From an uncultured Aliarcobacter sp. (GTDB lineage: Bacteria; Campylobacterota; Campylobacteria; Campylobacterales; Arcobacteraceae), in the NCBI GenBank assembly GCA_963664305.2, contig CAXXLV010000001.1, forward strand, positions 416,001 to 480,000: a stretch of 64,000 bases of DNA, given 5' to 3'. Position numbers and translations under genes: made by a program. Below, piece by piece: positions 43,626-54,542 of the stretch (positions within the stretch are counted from its first letter, which is position 1; the number at the start of each line of letters is the position of its first letter). The notes under the pieces were generated by a model, which ran no database searches, had not been told where the DNA came from, and saw nothing but the letters and a program-made list of their open reading frames with translations.

Positions 43626-44588
43626 CTAATAATTAAATCCCTCTTTTTCTAAAGCTAATCTAATATTTTTCATTTGTGTATGCTTATTTCTACACCATTC
43701 AGGTGATAATAGTGTATCATCATCAATTCCTGCTGTAATTCTTTGAACAGAAACATTTGAAGGTAAGTTTATTATTGACTTTACTACTGTATCAATATAT
43801 AATTCTTCTGAAATTGGAGTAAACTTTCCTTTTTTATATTCATTAGTTAACAGAGTATTTTTAACAACATATAAAGGATGGAATTTAATAGAATCAACAT
43901 TTAATTCAATAGTTTGATTAAACGTTTCAAGCATCATTTCTTGAGTTTCATTAGGCAGTCCATAAATCAAATGCCCACAAACATTTAAGCCTTTTTCTTT
44001 TGTTCTTTTAATCCAATATTTCATATTTGAAACATTGTCTCCTCTATTAATTTTTACAAGAGTTTCATCAAAAAAAGATTGAATACCATATTCAACCCAA
44101 ATCTCTTTAGTTTTTGACTTTTCAACTAAAAAATCCAAAATCTCATCTGTAACACAATCTGTTCTTGTTCCAATACTAAGTCCAATAACATTATCAAAAC
44201 TTAAAGCTTTTTCATATAAGGCTTTTAATGTAGGGAAAGGAGCATAAGTATTTGTAAATGATTGAAAATAAACTATAAATTTTTTAGCACCAAATTTATT
44301 TTCTAGTCTTTTTTTAGTAGCAAAAAACTGCAATTCTAATTGTTTTAATTGATTTTCTAAATAAGGATTTTCTTTTACATTTGGATTTAATTTGAACTTA
44401 GTTTTTTTTTCTTGTAAATTAGGGCTAAAAGAATCATTTTCACAAAATGAACATCCACCACGAGCAACAGTACCATCAATATTTGGGCATGTAAACCCAG
44501 ATATTGAGATAGGAACTTTATAGATTTTTTCACCAAATTTATTTTTTAAATATCTTCCGATAGTTAATACGTTTTTTAATTCACTCAT
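43626..44588 (-). CDS. TIGR01212 (YhcC-like) radical SAM protein
   Basis: GFTCPNIDG...GGCSFC, YFQSFTNTY, IGTRTDC. Confidence 0.92.
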   Translation of the reverse strand: MSELKNVLTIGRYLKNKFGEKIYKVPISISGFTCPNIDGTVARGGCSFCENDSFSPNLQEKKTKFKLNPNVKENPYLENQLKQLELQFFATKKRLENKFGAKKFIVYFQSFTNTYAPFPTLKALYEKALSFDNVIGLSIGTRTDCVTDEILDFLVEKSKTKEIWVEYGIQSFFDETLVKINRGDNVSNMKYWIKRTKEKGLNVCGHLIYGLPNETQEMMLETFNQTIELNVDSIKFHPLYVVKNTLLTNEYKKGKFTPISEELYIDTVVKSIINLPSNVSVQRITAGIDDDTLLSPEWCRNKHTQMKNIRLALEKEGFNY

Positions 44589-45937
44589 TATGCTTTTACG
44601 AAATAATCCCCGTTAAAACTCTCTAATGCATAATTTCTGTCATTTCCAATTGCATTTACTAAATCATCAACAGATAAATACTCTAAACTATCTGCTTCAA
44701 TATATTTACAAACTTCATCTTTATTCATGCTATTTGAAATTAATTCTTCTTTATGTGGAGTATCTATTCCATAATAACAAGGAAATTTAATCTCAGGACT
44801 TGCAACTCTAAAGTGTACTTCTTTAGCTCCTGCTTCTTTTAAAATTTTTACAATTCTTTTTGAAGTAGTTCCTCTTACAATTGAATCATCAATTACAAGT
44901 AAAGATTTTCCTTCGATTAAAGATTTCATTGGACTTAATTTCATTCTTACTTTTAAATCTCTCATCTCTTGTGTTGGTTCAATAAATGTTCTTCCAACAT
45001 AGTGATTTCTAATAATTCCATATTCAAAAGGAATTCCACTTTGTGCTGCATATCCTAAAGCTGCTGGAACTCCTGAATCAGGAACTGGAATAACCATATC
45101 AACTTTAATATTTTTATCTTTATCATTTAAAGCAAGTGCTTTACCCATATTTTCTCTTGTAACATACACATTTTTACCATCTATTACAGAATCAGGTCTT
45201 GCAAAATAAACATACTCAAATGCACAAGGTCTAAATTCAGGCTCAAATAATTGAATTGATTCTGGTTCAGCTTTATCTTCATCAAAAATCAACATTTCAC
45301 CAGGTCTTACATCTCTAATAAACTCCGCTCCAACTAAATCAAAAGCACAAGTTTCACTTGCAACTATGTAACCACCACTTTTTAATTTACCTAAAGATAA
45401 AGGTCTAATACCATATCTATCTCTAATAACAAATTGTTTACTTCTACTTTGAACAATAAAACAGTATGCACCAATAGTTCTATTTAAAGCTTCTTTAATT
45501 CTATCTCTTAATCTATCTTTTGTATTTTTTGCAATTAGATGAATTAAATTTTCTGTATCCATTCCTGTTTGGAAAATTGCACCTTTATCAATCAAGTCTT
45601 GTCTTACTTCATCTTTATTGATTAAATTTCCATTATGTACAATAGAAATTTCACCTAATTTATATTTAGCATAAACAGGTTGAGCATCTAAAATAGAATC
45701 TCCACCAGCAGTTGAATATCTATTATGTCCAATTGCCATATTACCTTTTAAATATTGTAATGCTTCATCTGTAAAAACTTCAGAAACTAAACCTCTATCT
45801 TTTTTTGTATAAATTTTTCCATCACAAGAAGAAGAGATTCCAGTTGCTTCTTGACCTCTATGTTGCATTGCAAAAAGAGCAATTGAAGCTAATCTTGCTG
45901 CATTATCATTTCCATAAATTCCAACTATTGCGCACAT
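44588..45937 (-). CDS. purF: Amidophosphoribosyltransferase
   Basis: N-terminal Cys, QHRGQE, GHNRYST, DDSIVRGTT, YGIDTP. Confidence 0.97.
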   Translation of the reverse strand: MCAIVGIYGNDNAARLASIALFAMQHRGQEATGISSSCDGKIYTKKDRGLVSEVFTDEALQYLKGNMAIGHNRYSTAGGDSILDAQPVYAKYKLGEISIVHNGNLINKDEVRQDLIDKGAIFQTGMDTENLIHLIAKNTKDRLRDRIKEALNRTIGAYCFIVQSRSKQFVIRDRYGIRPLSLGKLKSGGYIVASETCAFDLVGAEFIRDVRPGEMLIFDEDKAEPESIQLFEPEFRPCAFEYVYFARPDSVIDGKNVYVTRENMGKALALNDKDKNIKVDMVIPVPDSGVPAALGYAAQSGIPFEYGIIRNHYVGRTFIEPTQEMRDLKVRMKLSPMKSLIEGKSLLVIDDSIVRGTTSKRIVKILKEAGAKEVHFRVASPEIKFPCYYGIDTPHKEELISNSMNKDEVCKYIEADSLEYLSVDDLVNAIGNDRNYALESFNGDYFVKA

Positions 45938-45949
45938 ATTTATTATTCC

Positions 45950-46723
45950 TTATAGACCTAAAGCGTCATTGATTGAGTATAATTTGGCTTCTTTACCAAC
46001 TATCCATTTTGCAACTTTTATTGCACCTCTTGAAAAAGTATTTCTTGCAGTTGCAGTATGATTTAATTCTAAGAATTCACCATCATTATATAATCCAACT
46101 GTATGACGACCTACAATATCTCCACCTCTTAAAGCCATTACTGCAATTTCATCTTTAGTTCTTGCACCAATTTGACCATCTCTTCCTGAAACTCTAACAT
46201 CATCTAAATTTAAATCTCTCGCACTTGCTGCATGTTCTGCTAATGTTAATGCTGTTCCTGAAGGTGAATCTACTTTATGTCTATGATGTTGTTCAACAAT
46301 TTCTATATCAAAATCTCTTAATGTCTTAGATGCTAAAGCAACTAGTTTATTTAATACAGCAACTCCTAAACTCATATTTGTTGCATATAAAATAGGTACA
46401 ATTTTACTAGCTTCTAATAACAAATTTTGCTGATGTTTATTTAATCCAGTTGTTGCAATAACTAAAGGTTTTCTTGCACCTTTTTCTACAACTTCTGTTA
46501 AAAGAGCTTCTGTTGCAACTGGTGCAGAGAAATCAATAATTACATCTGATGAATCAAATAAAACTTTCATATCATTTGTTACCACTGTATCAGCTGGTAA
46601 AATCTTTTCAATTTTTTTAGAAACATATACTGCTGATAATTTAGCTTCTTTATCATTTGCTAAATCATCTATCAACAAAGTTCCAACTCTTCCAGAGCTT
46701 CCTAAAATACCTATTTTAATCAT
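45950..46723 (-). CDS. dapB: 4-hydroxy-tetrahydrodipicolinate reductase
   Basis: [22 protein letters not shown]. Confidence 0.96.
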   Translation of the reverse strand: MIKIGILGSSGRVGTLLIDDLANDKEAKLSAVYVSKKIEKILPADTVVTNDMKVLFDSSDVIIDFSAPVATEALLTEVVEKGARKPLVIATTGLNKHQQNLLLEASKIVPILYATNMSLGVAVLNKLVALASKTLRDFDIEIVEQHHRHKVDSPSGTALTLAEHAASARDLNLDDVRVSGRDGQIGARTKDEIAVMALRGGDIVGRHTVGLYNDGEFLELNHTATARNTFSRGAIKVAKWIVGKEAKLYSINDALGL

Positions 46724-46737
46724 TTCCTAATTATTCC

Positions 46738-47667
46738 TTATCCAATATATTCAATAATATTAACAGCTGCTGTTGCACCATCACCTGCTGCACAAACAAC
46801 TTGTTTTGGAGCATCAATTCTAATATCACCTGCTGCATAAAGTCCTGGAACTGATGTTCTCATTCTTAAATCAACAATTACTTCACCTGATTCATTTACA
46901 TCACATAAAAACGAACCATCTGCTTGTTTTAATGGAGCATTTAAAACATCTCTTCCTACAAATATAAATACACCTGGTGTTGGTAAATCTCTAATTTCAC
47001 CAGTTTCTTTATGTTTAACTTTTATTCCTTGAACACCACTCATATCACCATACACTTCTTCAACCATTACATTTGTAACTTCTTCAATATTTTCAGCATG
47101 TTTCATATGTTCAATTGTACTTGGAGCTGCTCTATATGTGTCTCTTCTATGAACTAAATAAACTTTTGAACACATTTTCGATAAATAAATAGCTTCTTCA
47201 ATAGCAGAATCTCCACCACCAACTACTGTAACTTCTTTACCTCTATAAAAGAATCCATCACAAGTTGCACAAGTAGATACACCTTTTCCAAAAAATTCAT
47301 TCTCACCTTTGAATCCAGCACGTCTAGGAACTGAACCTGTTGCAATTAAAACAGTTTTTGCTTCATACTCTTTTTTATCTGTAGTTGTTAATTTAAAAAT
47401 ATCACCTTCTTTTGTAACATTTTCAATTTGAGCCATTTCATGTTTTAATCCAAATCTTTGACATTGTTCTGGCCATTTCATCATTAAATCCATACCAGAT
47501 ACAACTTCAATTTGTCCTGGATAGTTTTCAATTTCAGATGAACTTGTAATTTGTCCTCCTGGCATACCCATTTCAAACATTACAACATTTTTTAATCCAC
47601 CTCTAGTGGCATATAATCCAGCTGTTAATCCAGCTGGTCCTCCACCAATAATTGCTAAATCTAACAT
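46738..47667 (-). CDS. trxB: Thioredoxin-disulfide reductase
   Basis: GGGPAG, CATCDG, GGGDSA. Confidence 0.97.
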   Translation of the reverse strand: MLDLAIIGGGPAGLTAGLYATRGGLKNVVMFEMGMPGGQITSSSEIENYPGQIEVVSGMDLMMKWPEQCQRFGLKHEMAQIENVTKEGDIFKLTTTDKKEYEAKTVLIATGSVPRRAGFKGENEFFGKGVSTCATCDGFFYRGKEVTVVGGGDSAIEEAIYLSKMCSKVYLVHRRDTYRAAPSTIEHMKHAENIEEVTNVMVEEVYGDMSGVQGIKVKHKETGEIRDLPTPGVFIFVGRDVLNAPLKQADGSFLCDVNESGEVIVDLRMRTSVPGLYAAGDIRIDAPKQVVCAAGDGATAAVNIIEYIG

Positions 47668-47829
47668 ATCAAGTCCTTATATATAATTAAGTTTATAGTT
47701 CATAAAATTTTTAAAAACAATATGATACTAAAATATTTGTAAGTTATAGGTTAAATTATATCTTAAAATATTAAGGAAAAATTTTATCATTTAATAATTT
47801 ATATCTATCTTAAAATTGATTTAATAAAT

Positions 47830-47859
47830 AAAAAAAGGGAGAAGTAAAACTTCTCCCTT
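47830..47859 (-). terminator. Intrinsic terminator between trxA and trxB
   Basis: AAGGGAGAAGT-AAA-ACTTCTCCCTT stem; A-run gives U-tail on minus strand. Confidence 0.85.
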
Positions 47860-47882
47860 CCGTCAAATTATTATTCTGATTA

Positions 47883-48200
47883 TTATAATAATGAATTAAT
47901 TTTGTCAGTAAACGCTTGTTTAGATGAAGCACCTACCATTTGATCAACAACTTCACCATTTTTCATGAATAAAATTGTAGGAATAGATCTAATTCCATAT
48001 TTAACTGCTAAATCTTGTTCCTCATCTGTATTTACTTTACAAATTTTAGCTTTACCTTCAAAATCTGCTGCTAATTCTTCAATAACTGGAGCAATCATTC
48101 TACAAGGTCCACACCATGGAGCCCAGAAATCTACCATTGAAACACCTTCTTTTGTTGTTTCTTCAAAATTAGCTGCTGTAACTTCTATATATTTTCCCAT
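47883..48200 (-). CDS. trxA: Thioredoxin
   Basis: WAPWCGPC active site, SIPT. Confidence 0.98.
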   Translation of the reverse strand: MGKYIEVTAANFEETTKEGVSMVDFWAPWCGPCRMIAPVIEELAADFEGKAKICKVNTDEEQDLAVKYGIRSIPTILFMKNGEVVDQMVGASSKQAFTDKINSLL

Positions 48201-48383
48201 TTTATTTCCTTATTATTAGTTTTTAATTTCTTGATTTGTCAATATAACTTATATAAAAATATAATGATTGATTATAACTTGTGAAAACTTAAATTTAGTT
48301 TTACAATTATTTAACTTTTTACTAATAAAGCCTAAATATTTTTTTAGATAAAATAAGAGAATTTAATTTAAAATGGATAATTT

Positions 48384-50939
48384 ATGGATATCAGAAAAGA
48401 ATATTTAGAATTTTTTAGAAGTAAAGGACATGAAGTAATTTCATCTATGCCTTTAGTTCCTGACGACCCTACATTAATGTTTACAAATGCAGGGATGGTT
48501 CAATTTAAGGACATATTTACTGGTGCTATTCCAACTCCACAAAATCCAAGAGCTACTTCTTGCCAATTATGTGTAAGAGCTGGTGGAAAACATAATGACC
48601 TTGAAAATGTAGGTTATACAGCACGTCATCACACTTTATTTGAGATGTTAGGAAATTTCTCTTTTGGAGATTATTTTAAAAAAGATGCTATTGCTTATGC
48701 ATGGGAATTTGTTACAGTAAATTTATGCTTACCAATAGATAAACTATGGGTAACTGTTCATAATGATGATGATGAAGCTTTTGAAATTTGGTCAAAACAC
48801 ATTGATCCATCAAGAATTATGAGATTTGGAGATAAAGATAATTTCTGGTCTATGGGAGATACAGGGGCTTGTGGTCCATGTAGTGAAATTTTCTATGACC
48901 AAGGTGAAGAACACTTTAATAGTTCTGAAGATTATATGGGTGGAGATGGTGATAGATTTTTAGAAATCTGGAATTTAGTATTCATGCAATATGAAAGAAC
49001 GGCTGATGGAAAATTAAATCCACTCCCAAAACCATCTATTGATACAGGAATGGGTCTTGAAAGAGTAATTGCAATTAAAGAAGGCGTATTTAATAACTTT
49101 GATTCTTCAAACTTCAAACCAATTATTGAAAAAATAGAAGAACTTGCAAATAAAAAAGCAACTGCTGAGAACATTGGTTCATATAGAGTAATTGCAGACC
49201 ATTTAAGAGCAACTTCATTTATGTTATCTCAAGGTATTTTATTTGGAAATGAAGGAAGACCTTACGTTTTAAGAAGAATTTTAAGAAGAGCTGTAAGACA
49301 TGGTTATTTAATCGGATTTAGAAAACCATTTATGGCACAACTTCTTGATACACTTATAAAAATTATGGGTGGACACTATACAGAACTTGTTGAAAATAAA
49401 AACTTCATAAAAGAGCAATTAACTCTAGAAGAAGATAGATTCTTTAAAACTATTGATTTAGGAATGTCTTTATTTAATGATGAATTAGCAAATACTAAAG
49501 AGATTTTTTCTGGAGAAATTGCATTTAAACTTTATGATACATATGGTTTCCCTTTAGACTTAACTGAAGACATGTTAAGAGATAAAGGTTTAAAAGTTGA
49601 TTTAGCTAAATTTGATGAACTGATGAATGCACAAAAAGCAATGGCAAAAGCTGCATGGAAAGGAAGTGGTGATGCTTCTAATGATGGTGATTTTAAACAA
49701 CTAATTGAAAAATATGGAATAAATGAATTTGTTGGTTATGAAAATATCACTTATAAATCAAAAATTGTTGCACTTTTAGATGAACATTTTAAAGAAGTAA
49801 AAACTTTAGAAAAAGGCACTACTGGTTGGGTAATGTTAGATAAAACACCATTTTATGCAACAAGTGGTGGACAAACAGGAGATATTGGAGCATTAGAAGA
49901 TAATAAACATGTAGCTATTATCGAAGAAACTTCAAAATTCCATGGATTAAATCTGTCTAAAGTAAAAGTAGAAAATTCTACTTTAGCTCAAGGTGAAAGT
50001 GTTGATGCTGTTGTTGTAAATAGATATGAAATTGCGAAACATCATAGTGCTACTCACCTTTTACAAAGTGCATTAAAAATGGTTTTAGGAGAAAGTGTTT
50101 CACAAGCAGGTTCTTTAAATGATGCAAATAGATTAAGATTTGACTTTACATATCCAAAAGCAATGACAACTGAGCAAATTGAAGAAGTTGAAGATTTAGT
50201 AAACTCTATGATTGCAAGAGGTATTTCTGGAAATATTGAAGAATTACCTATTGATGAAGCTAAAAACAAAGGTGCAATTGCTATGTTTGGTGAAAAATAT
50301 GGTGATGTTGTAAGAGTTGTTAGTTTCTCAGATGTTTCAGTTGAATTTTGTGGAGGAACACACGTAAGAAATACAGCTGATATTGGAAGTTTTTATATTG
50401 TAAAAGAATCAGGTGTAAGTGCAGGGGTAAGAAGAATTGAAGCTGTTTGTGGAGCTTCAGCAATTAAATATACAAAAGATATCATTTCAAAAATGAATGA
50501 AATTCAAGTAGAAGTTAAAAATAATGACATTATTGCTGGAATCAAAAAATTAAAAGAACAAATTAAAGATTTGAAAAAAGAAGTTGAAGTGGCTCTTAGC
50601 CAAACTTCTGCTCCAATAAATGAAGAAATTATTGGTGATACTAAAGTTGTAGTTTCTATTGTTGAAAATGGTGATTTGAAAAAAATTGTTGATGATATGA
50701 AAAATGCAACTGAAAAACTAGCGATTTTACTTTTACAAGCAAAAGATGACAAAGTTATGATTGTTGCAGGAAGTAAAAATACAAATATCAAAGCTGGTGA
50801 TTGGATTAAAAATATAGCACCAATCGTAGGTGGAGGTGGAGGTGGAAGACCTGACTTCGCACAAGCTGGTGGAAAAGATGTAACAAAAGTTGAAGAAGCA
50901 AAAATAGCTGCTTTAAATTACGCAAAAGAAAATTTATAA
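48384..50939 (+). CDS. alaS: Alanine-tRNA ligase
   Basis: [46 protein letters not shown]. Confidence 0.98.
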   Translation: MDIRKEYLEFFRSKGHEVISSMPLVPDDPTLMFTNAGMVQFKDIFTGAIPTPQNPRATSCQLCVRAGGKHNDLENVGYTARHHTLFEMLGNFSFGDYFKKDAIAYAWEFVTVNLCLPIDKLWVTVHNDDDEAFEIWSKHIDPSRIMRFGDKDNFWSMGDTGACGPCSEIFYDQGEEHFNSSEDYMGGDGDRFLEIWNLVFMQYERTADGKLNPLPKPSIDTGMGLERVIAIKEGVFNNFDSSNFKPIIEKIEELANKKATAENIGSYRVIADHLRATSFMLSQGILFGNEGRPYVLRRILRRAVRHGYLIGFRKPFMAQLLDTLIKIMGGHYTELVENKNFIKEQLTLEEDRFFKTIDLGMSLFNDELANTKEIFSGEIAFKLYDTYGFPLDLTEDMLRDKGLKVDLAKFDELMNAQKAMAKAAWKGSGDASNDGDFKQLIEKYGINEFVGYENITYKSKIVALLDEHFKEVKTLEKGTTGWVMLDKTPFYATSGGQTGDIGALEDNKHVAIIEETSKFHGLNLSKVKVENSTLAQGESVDAVVVNRYEIAKHHSATHLLQSALKMVLGESVSQAGSLNDANRLRFDFTYPKAMTTEQIEEVEDLVNSMIARGISGNIEELPIDEAKNKGAIAMFGEKYGDVVRVVSFSDVSVEFCGGTHVRNTADIGSFYIVKESGVSAGVRRIEAVCGASAIKYTKDIISKMNEIQVEVKNNDIIAGIKKLKEQIKDLKKEVEVALSQTSAPINEEIIGDTKVVVSIVENGDLKKIVDDMKNATEKLAILLLQAKDDKVMIVAGSKNTNIKAGDWIKNIAPIVGGGGGGRPDFAQAGGKDVTKVEEAKIAALNYAKENL

Positions 50940-50949
50940 GGATTGAAAA

Positions 50950-51429
50950 TTGAGTGAATTATTTAACAATTTCTCAACTTTAATCGTTTTTTTACATCTT
51001 ATATCTGCAATAATTTGGATTGGAGGAATGATTGTAATTAGATTTGCAGTTCATTACTCTATGCAAAATATTGAAGATCCAAAAATTAAATTAGGAAGAA
51101 CTTTAGAAAATCTAAAAAGATTTTTTTCTATGGTTATTCCTTCTATTATTATTCTTTTAATTACTGCCATTATTATGATTATTGCTTTAGAATTAAAAGA
51201 AAGTGAACTTTATAAGTTTGCCATAGTAAAAGAAATAGTTTGGATGATTATGACTATCATATTTGTAGTTATATACATAAAGAGAAACCAAGCTCAAAAA
51301 GCTTTTGATAATGGTGATTTTGTAACTGCAAAAAATCAACTTACTCCATTAGCTAAATATCTTATTCCTACAAATATAGTTTTAGGATTACTTGCTATTA
51401 TTTTAGGAATAACATTAAGAGGATTTTAA
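50950..51429 (+). CDS. Four-TM membrane protein (CopD/DUF4149-like, function unknown)
   Basis: FLHLISAIIWIGG first helix, four hydrophobic segments; TTG start after AAGGA. Confidence 0.6.
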   Translation: MSELFNNFSTLIVFLHLISAIIWIGGMIVIRFAVHYSMQNIEDPKIKLGRTLENLKRFFSMVIPSIIILLITAIIMIIALELKESELYKFAIVKEIVWMIMTIIFVVIYIKRNQAQKAFDNGDFVTAKNQLTPLAKYLIPTNIVLGLLAIILGITLRGF

Positions 51430-51447
51430 CTCCTCTTAATTCTTTTT
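51414..51447 (+). terminator. Terminator-like hairpin at end of alaS operon
   Basis: ATTAAGAGGA-TTTTAAC-TCCTCTTAAT then TCTTTTT. Confidence 0.6.
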
Positions 51448-51450
51448 GAT

Positions 51451-52014
51451 TTAGTTATCAAAACTCTCGCTCTCTCTAGCAAAATAACCTTTCATAAAAT
51501 TCATTCTTACTAAACTATTAGAATAATTAGAATCTAATCTTGGTTTATCTAAATAGATATTTTTGTACTCTTTATTAAATCCAGATATTAATCTAGTTGA
51601 ATAAATACCTTTATAATCAATTATTAATAAATCTTCAAAAACTGTAAATTTATTTATAATGTTTACATAATATTTTTCATCAATTAAATAAGTTGAAATT
51701 TCAAGATTCTTATTTTCAATTCTCTCAACTAATTTTAAAGATTTAACTTTTATTGTATCTTTGAATAAATCAACAAAATAACCTCTTTGTAATCCATTCC
51801 ATTTGCATGAACTATCCAATCGAATATATTCTTTAAAAATTTTTCCATACATACTATCTTCTGAATTTGAAATATATGAAAAGTTTGTACAGTTGTCATA
51901 AGTAAAGAATTTTTTCTCATTATTTAATTTTATTTCTTCATCTAAATTTAAGTTTTGAGAAGAAACACAAGAATTTAATACAAAAATCAACAATGTAAAT
52001 AAAAAATATTTCAT
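51451..52014 (-). CDS. Hypothetical lipoprotein
   Basis: ATG 52014 after AAGGGGG; MKYFLFTLLIFVLNSC lipoprotein-like signal. Confidence 0.65.
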   Translation of the reverse strand: MKYFLFTLLIFVLNSCVSSQNLNLDEEIKLNNEKKFFTYDNCTNFSYISNSEDSMYGKIFKEYIRLDSSCKWNGLQRGYFVDLFKDTIKVKSLKLVERIENKNLEISTYLIDEKYYVNIINKFTVFEDLLIIDYKGIYSTRLISGFNKEYKNIYLDKPRLDSNYSNSLVRMNFMKGYFARESESFDN

Positions 52015-52143
52015 CAAATTTTCCCCCTTGAAATAATAGTTTATTATACTCCTAAACAATTAAGACTTGACATATTAATCATTTTTTTATATCATAAATA
52101 AAATCTTTACTAGAAAATGGCTTTATCAGGGGGAAAATACAAT

Positions 52144-52767
52144 ATGAATATAAAAAATTTATTAATTATGTCTATTTATATTTCCTTATTTATGACAGGA
52201 TGTTCTTATAAAACTAGTGAAGAATCTGTTGATATGTCTACATATTATAAAAATAAAAATTCTATTCACTCAAATGCTTCTTTACAAGAAAGCGATTATC
52301 AAAAATATAAAAACTTTAAACAGCAACAACAATCAAAAAACAATTCAAAAAGTAGTATATTTGATGAATTTACAAATACAAACTATATAACTAAAAAAAC
52401 AGCTCTTAATAATGAACTATTTGATTTTTACAGTAAATGGGAAGGTGTAAGATATAAACTTGGTGGAGAATCTAAAAAAGGTATAGATTGTTCAGCATTT
52501 ATTCAAAAGGCATTTAAAGAAAAATTTGATTTAGAAATGCCAAGAACTACACTTATGCAAGCTAATGTTGGGAAATCAATTAAAAAAGATGAACTTGAGA
52601 TTGGTGATTTAGTTTTTTTCAAAACTGGTAAAACCAAGCATGTTGGTATATATATAGATAACGGTAAATTCATGCATGCATCAACTAAGACAGGTGTAAC
52701 AATCTCTGATTTAGATAATGATTATTTCAATAAAAATTATTGGAAAGCCCAAAGAATAATTGATTGA
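52144..52767 (+). CDS. NlpC/P60 peptidoglycan endopeptidase lipoprotein, copy 1
   Basis: Lipobox MTGC; YKLGG, GIDCSAF, GDLVFF, HVGIY, HAS. Confidence 0.92.
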   Translation: MNIKNLLIMSIYISLFMTGCSYKTSEESVDMSTYYKNKNSIHSNASLQESDYQKYKNFKQQQQSKNNSKSSIFDEFTNTNYITKKTALNNELFDFYSKWEGVRYKLGGESKKGIDCSAFIQKAFKEKFDLEMPRTTLMQANVGKSIKKDELEIGDLVFFKTGKTKHVGIYIDNGKFMHASTKTGVTISDLDNDYFNKNYWKAQRIID

Positions 52768-52789
52768 TTATTAACTATAGGAGAAAATA

Positions 52790-53440
52790 ATGATAAAAAA
52801 GTATTTAACTGTAATACCTGCTGTCTTTATATTTACTGCTTGTAGTAATAACATCCAAAATTTAGAAAATTCTTCTAACCTAAATAACAATCAAACTAAA
52901 ACTACTTTATCTTACGATGATTATGCAAAATTATATGAAACTAAAAATAAAACACAAAAAACAAGTGTTTTAACAAATTATGAAACTATATTCAATCCTA
53001 AAGAATATAAAAGTTCTAATAATAAAAACTATGAATTAGCTAATAATAAAGAAACTATAGTTTCTGAAATCCCAAAGAGAAAACAAGCTTTTAATGACTT
53101 TTATAATGAATGGAAGAATGTTAGATATAAACTTGGTGGAGAATCTAAAAAGGGTATAGATTGCTCTGCATTTACTCAAAGAATCTACAAAGACAAATTT
53201 GGGATAGAATTACCAAGAACAACTCTTACTCAAGTTAATATGGGTGTTGAAGTAAAAAAAGCAGAATTAATTCCTGGTGATTTAGTATTTTTCAAAACAA
53301 GTAAAACTGATAAGCATGTAGGAGTTTATGTAGGAAATGGAAATTTCATGCATGCATCAATTAAAGGTATCCAATTTACAAGTCTTGAAAAACCTTTTTA
53401 TAAAAAGAATTATTGGACTTCTAGAAGAATTATAGATTAA
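52790..53440 (+). CDS. NlpC/P60 peptidoglycan endopeptidase lipoprotein, copy 2
   Basis: Lipobox FTAC; YKLGG, GIDCSAF, PGDLVFF, HVGVY, HAS. Confidence 0.92.
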   Translation: MIKKYLTVIPAVFIFTACSNNIQNLENSSNLNNNQTKTTLSYDDYAKLYETKNKTQKTSVLTNYETIFNPKEYKSSNNKNYELANNKETIVSEIPKRKQAFNDFYNEWKNVRYKLGGESKKGIDCSAFTQRIYKDKFGIELPRTTLTQVNMGVEVKKAELIPGDLVFFKTSKTDKHVGVYVGNGNFMHASIKGIQFTSLEKPFYKKNYWTSRRIID

Positions 53441-53450
53441 TTCTTCCTTC

Positions 53451-54377
53451 TTAAAATCCCCCATAAATAATCAAAGCAATTGGTATGTATAGAACAGAGA
53501 TTAAAGTACTTAAAAGTACAGTAAAAGAAGCTTTTTCAGGTCTTGCTTTTAAAAGTACAGCTAAAGTTACTGTATTTCCTGCAAGTGGAACAACTGAAAA
53601 TAAAAACAATACTTTATAAATTTCTTCATTTAAAAAACCAATGAAATTTCTATCTATCATAATTATCGCTAAAATTACTCCTGGCCAAAAAATAAATTTA
53701 TAAAAATATGCAACTTTTAGATATTTTTTATCTAAGTCTTCTTTTAAATTAAAGCCTTTCATTCCCATACCAAGCATCATCATACCAAGAATTCCATATG
53801 CCCATTTCAAATTTTCAAAAGAAGGAATCAAAAATTCAGGTGTTCTAAAACCTGCAATATTTAATGAAACACCAGCAATAAATGCATAAAGAAGTGGAAG
53901 TTTAATCACTTTCATAATTGATTGACGAGCAGTAAAAGTTCCTTTTGCTGTTACATAAAAACCTGTTGTATTTTCATAAAGTAAAGATGCTAAAGTTGCA
54001 AAGATAAAAATATTTGCTGATTCTGGACTCAATAATATCATAGCAAGTGGAATACCAAAATATCCTGTATTTCCTGTACCACAAGTAAAAGCTAAAGTAT
54101 TAATACTTGCATCATTCCAATCTTTTTTATATCTTCTTAAAATATAAAAAGCTATTGATGAACCAAAGAAAAAAACAAATAAAGGTAAAAATACTAATTG
54201 TAAGTTTATATTAATAGACAAAGTAGCAAAAAAAATTACAATTGGTCCTAAAATATAGATAAGAAGTAAAGCTATTAAATCTCTCTTAACTTTAAAATAA
54301 CGTGATAAAATATAACCTATTGCTATATTCAAATATAATGGAGAGATTTTTCCAAGTAAAATAAAAAATAAATTCAT
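53451..54377 (-). CDS. AEC (auxin efflux carrier-like) family transporter
   Basis: GNTGYFGIP motif, about 10 TM segments, C-terminal VLLSTL. Confidence 0.88.
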   Translation of the reverse strand: MNLFFILLGKISPLYLNIAIGYILSRYFKVKRDLIALLLIYILGPIVIFFATLSININLQLVFLPLFVFFFGSSIAFYILRRYKKDWNDASINTLAFTCGTGNTGYFGIPLAMILLSPESANIFIFATLASLLYENTTGFYVTAKGTFTARQSIMKVIKLPLLYAFIAGVSLNIAGFRTPEFLIPSFENLKWAYGILGMMMLGMGMKGFNLKEDLDKKYLKVAYFYKFIFWPGVILAIIMIDRNFIGFLNEEIYKVLFLFSVVPLAGNTVTLAVLLKARPEKASFTVLLSTLISVLYIPIALIIYGGF

Positions 54378-54420
54378 AAAAGCTTCTTAAAATAATTTAG
54401 ACTAATTGTAACTAATTATG

Positions 54421-54500
54421 ATAAAAATAAGGTAAACATATAATTTTTGAACACAGGAAGCAGAAAGGATACAAATGAATGTTTATACGTTTACCTTTAT
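54421..54500 (-). ncRNA. Candidate stem-loop small RNA (strand uncertain)
   Basis: 15-bp inverted repeat (54429-54443 / 54483-54497), fully paired on minus strand with one G-U; 39-nt C/U-rich loop; TAAAAT upstream; U-rich tail. Confidence 0.45.
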
Positions 54501-54542
54501 AAATGAATTTTAATTAAATCATATGATAATTGTATGATTTTA

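Noticed and set aside
54516..54540. AAATCATA-N9-TATGATTT inverted repeat after the membrane protein gene
   Set aside because: Almost all A/T and weak; cannot be told from chance or a minor terminator
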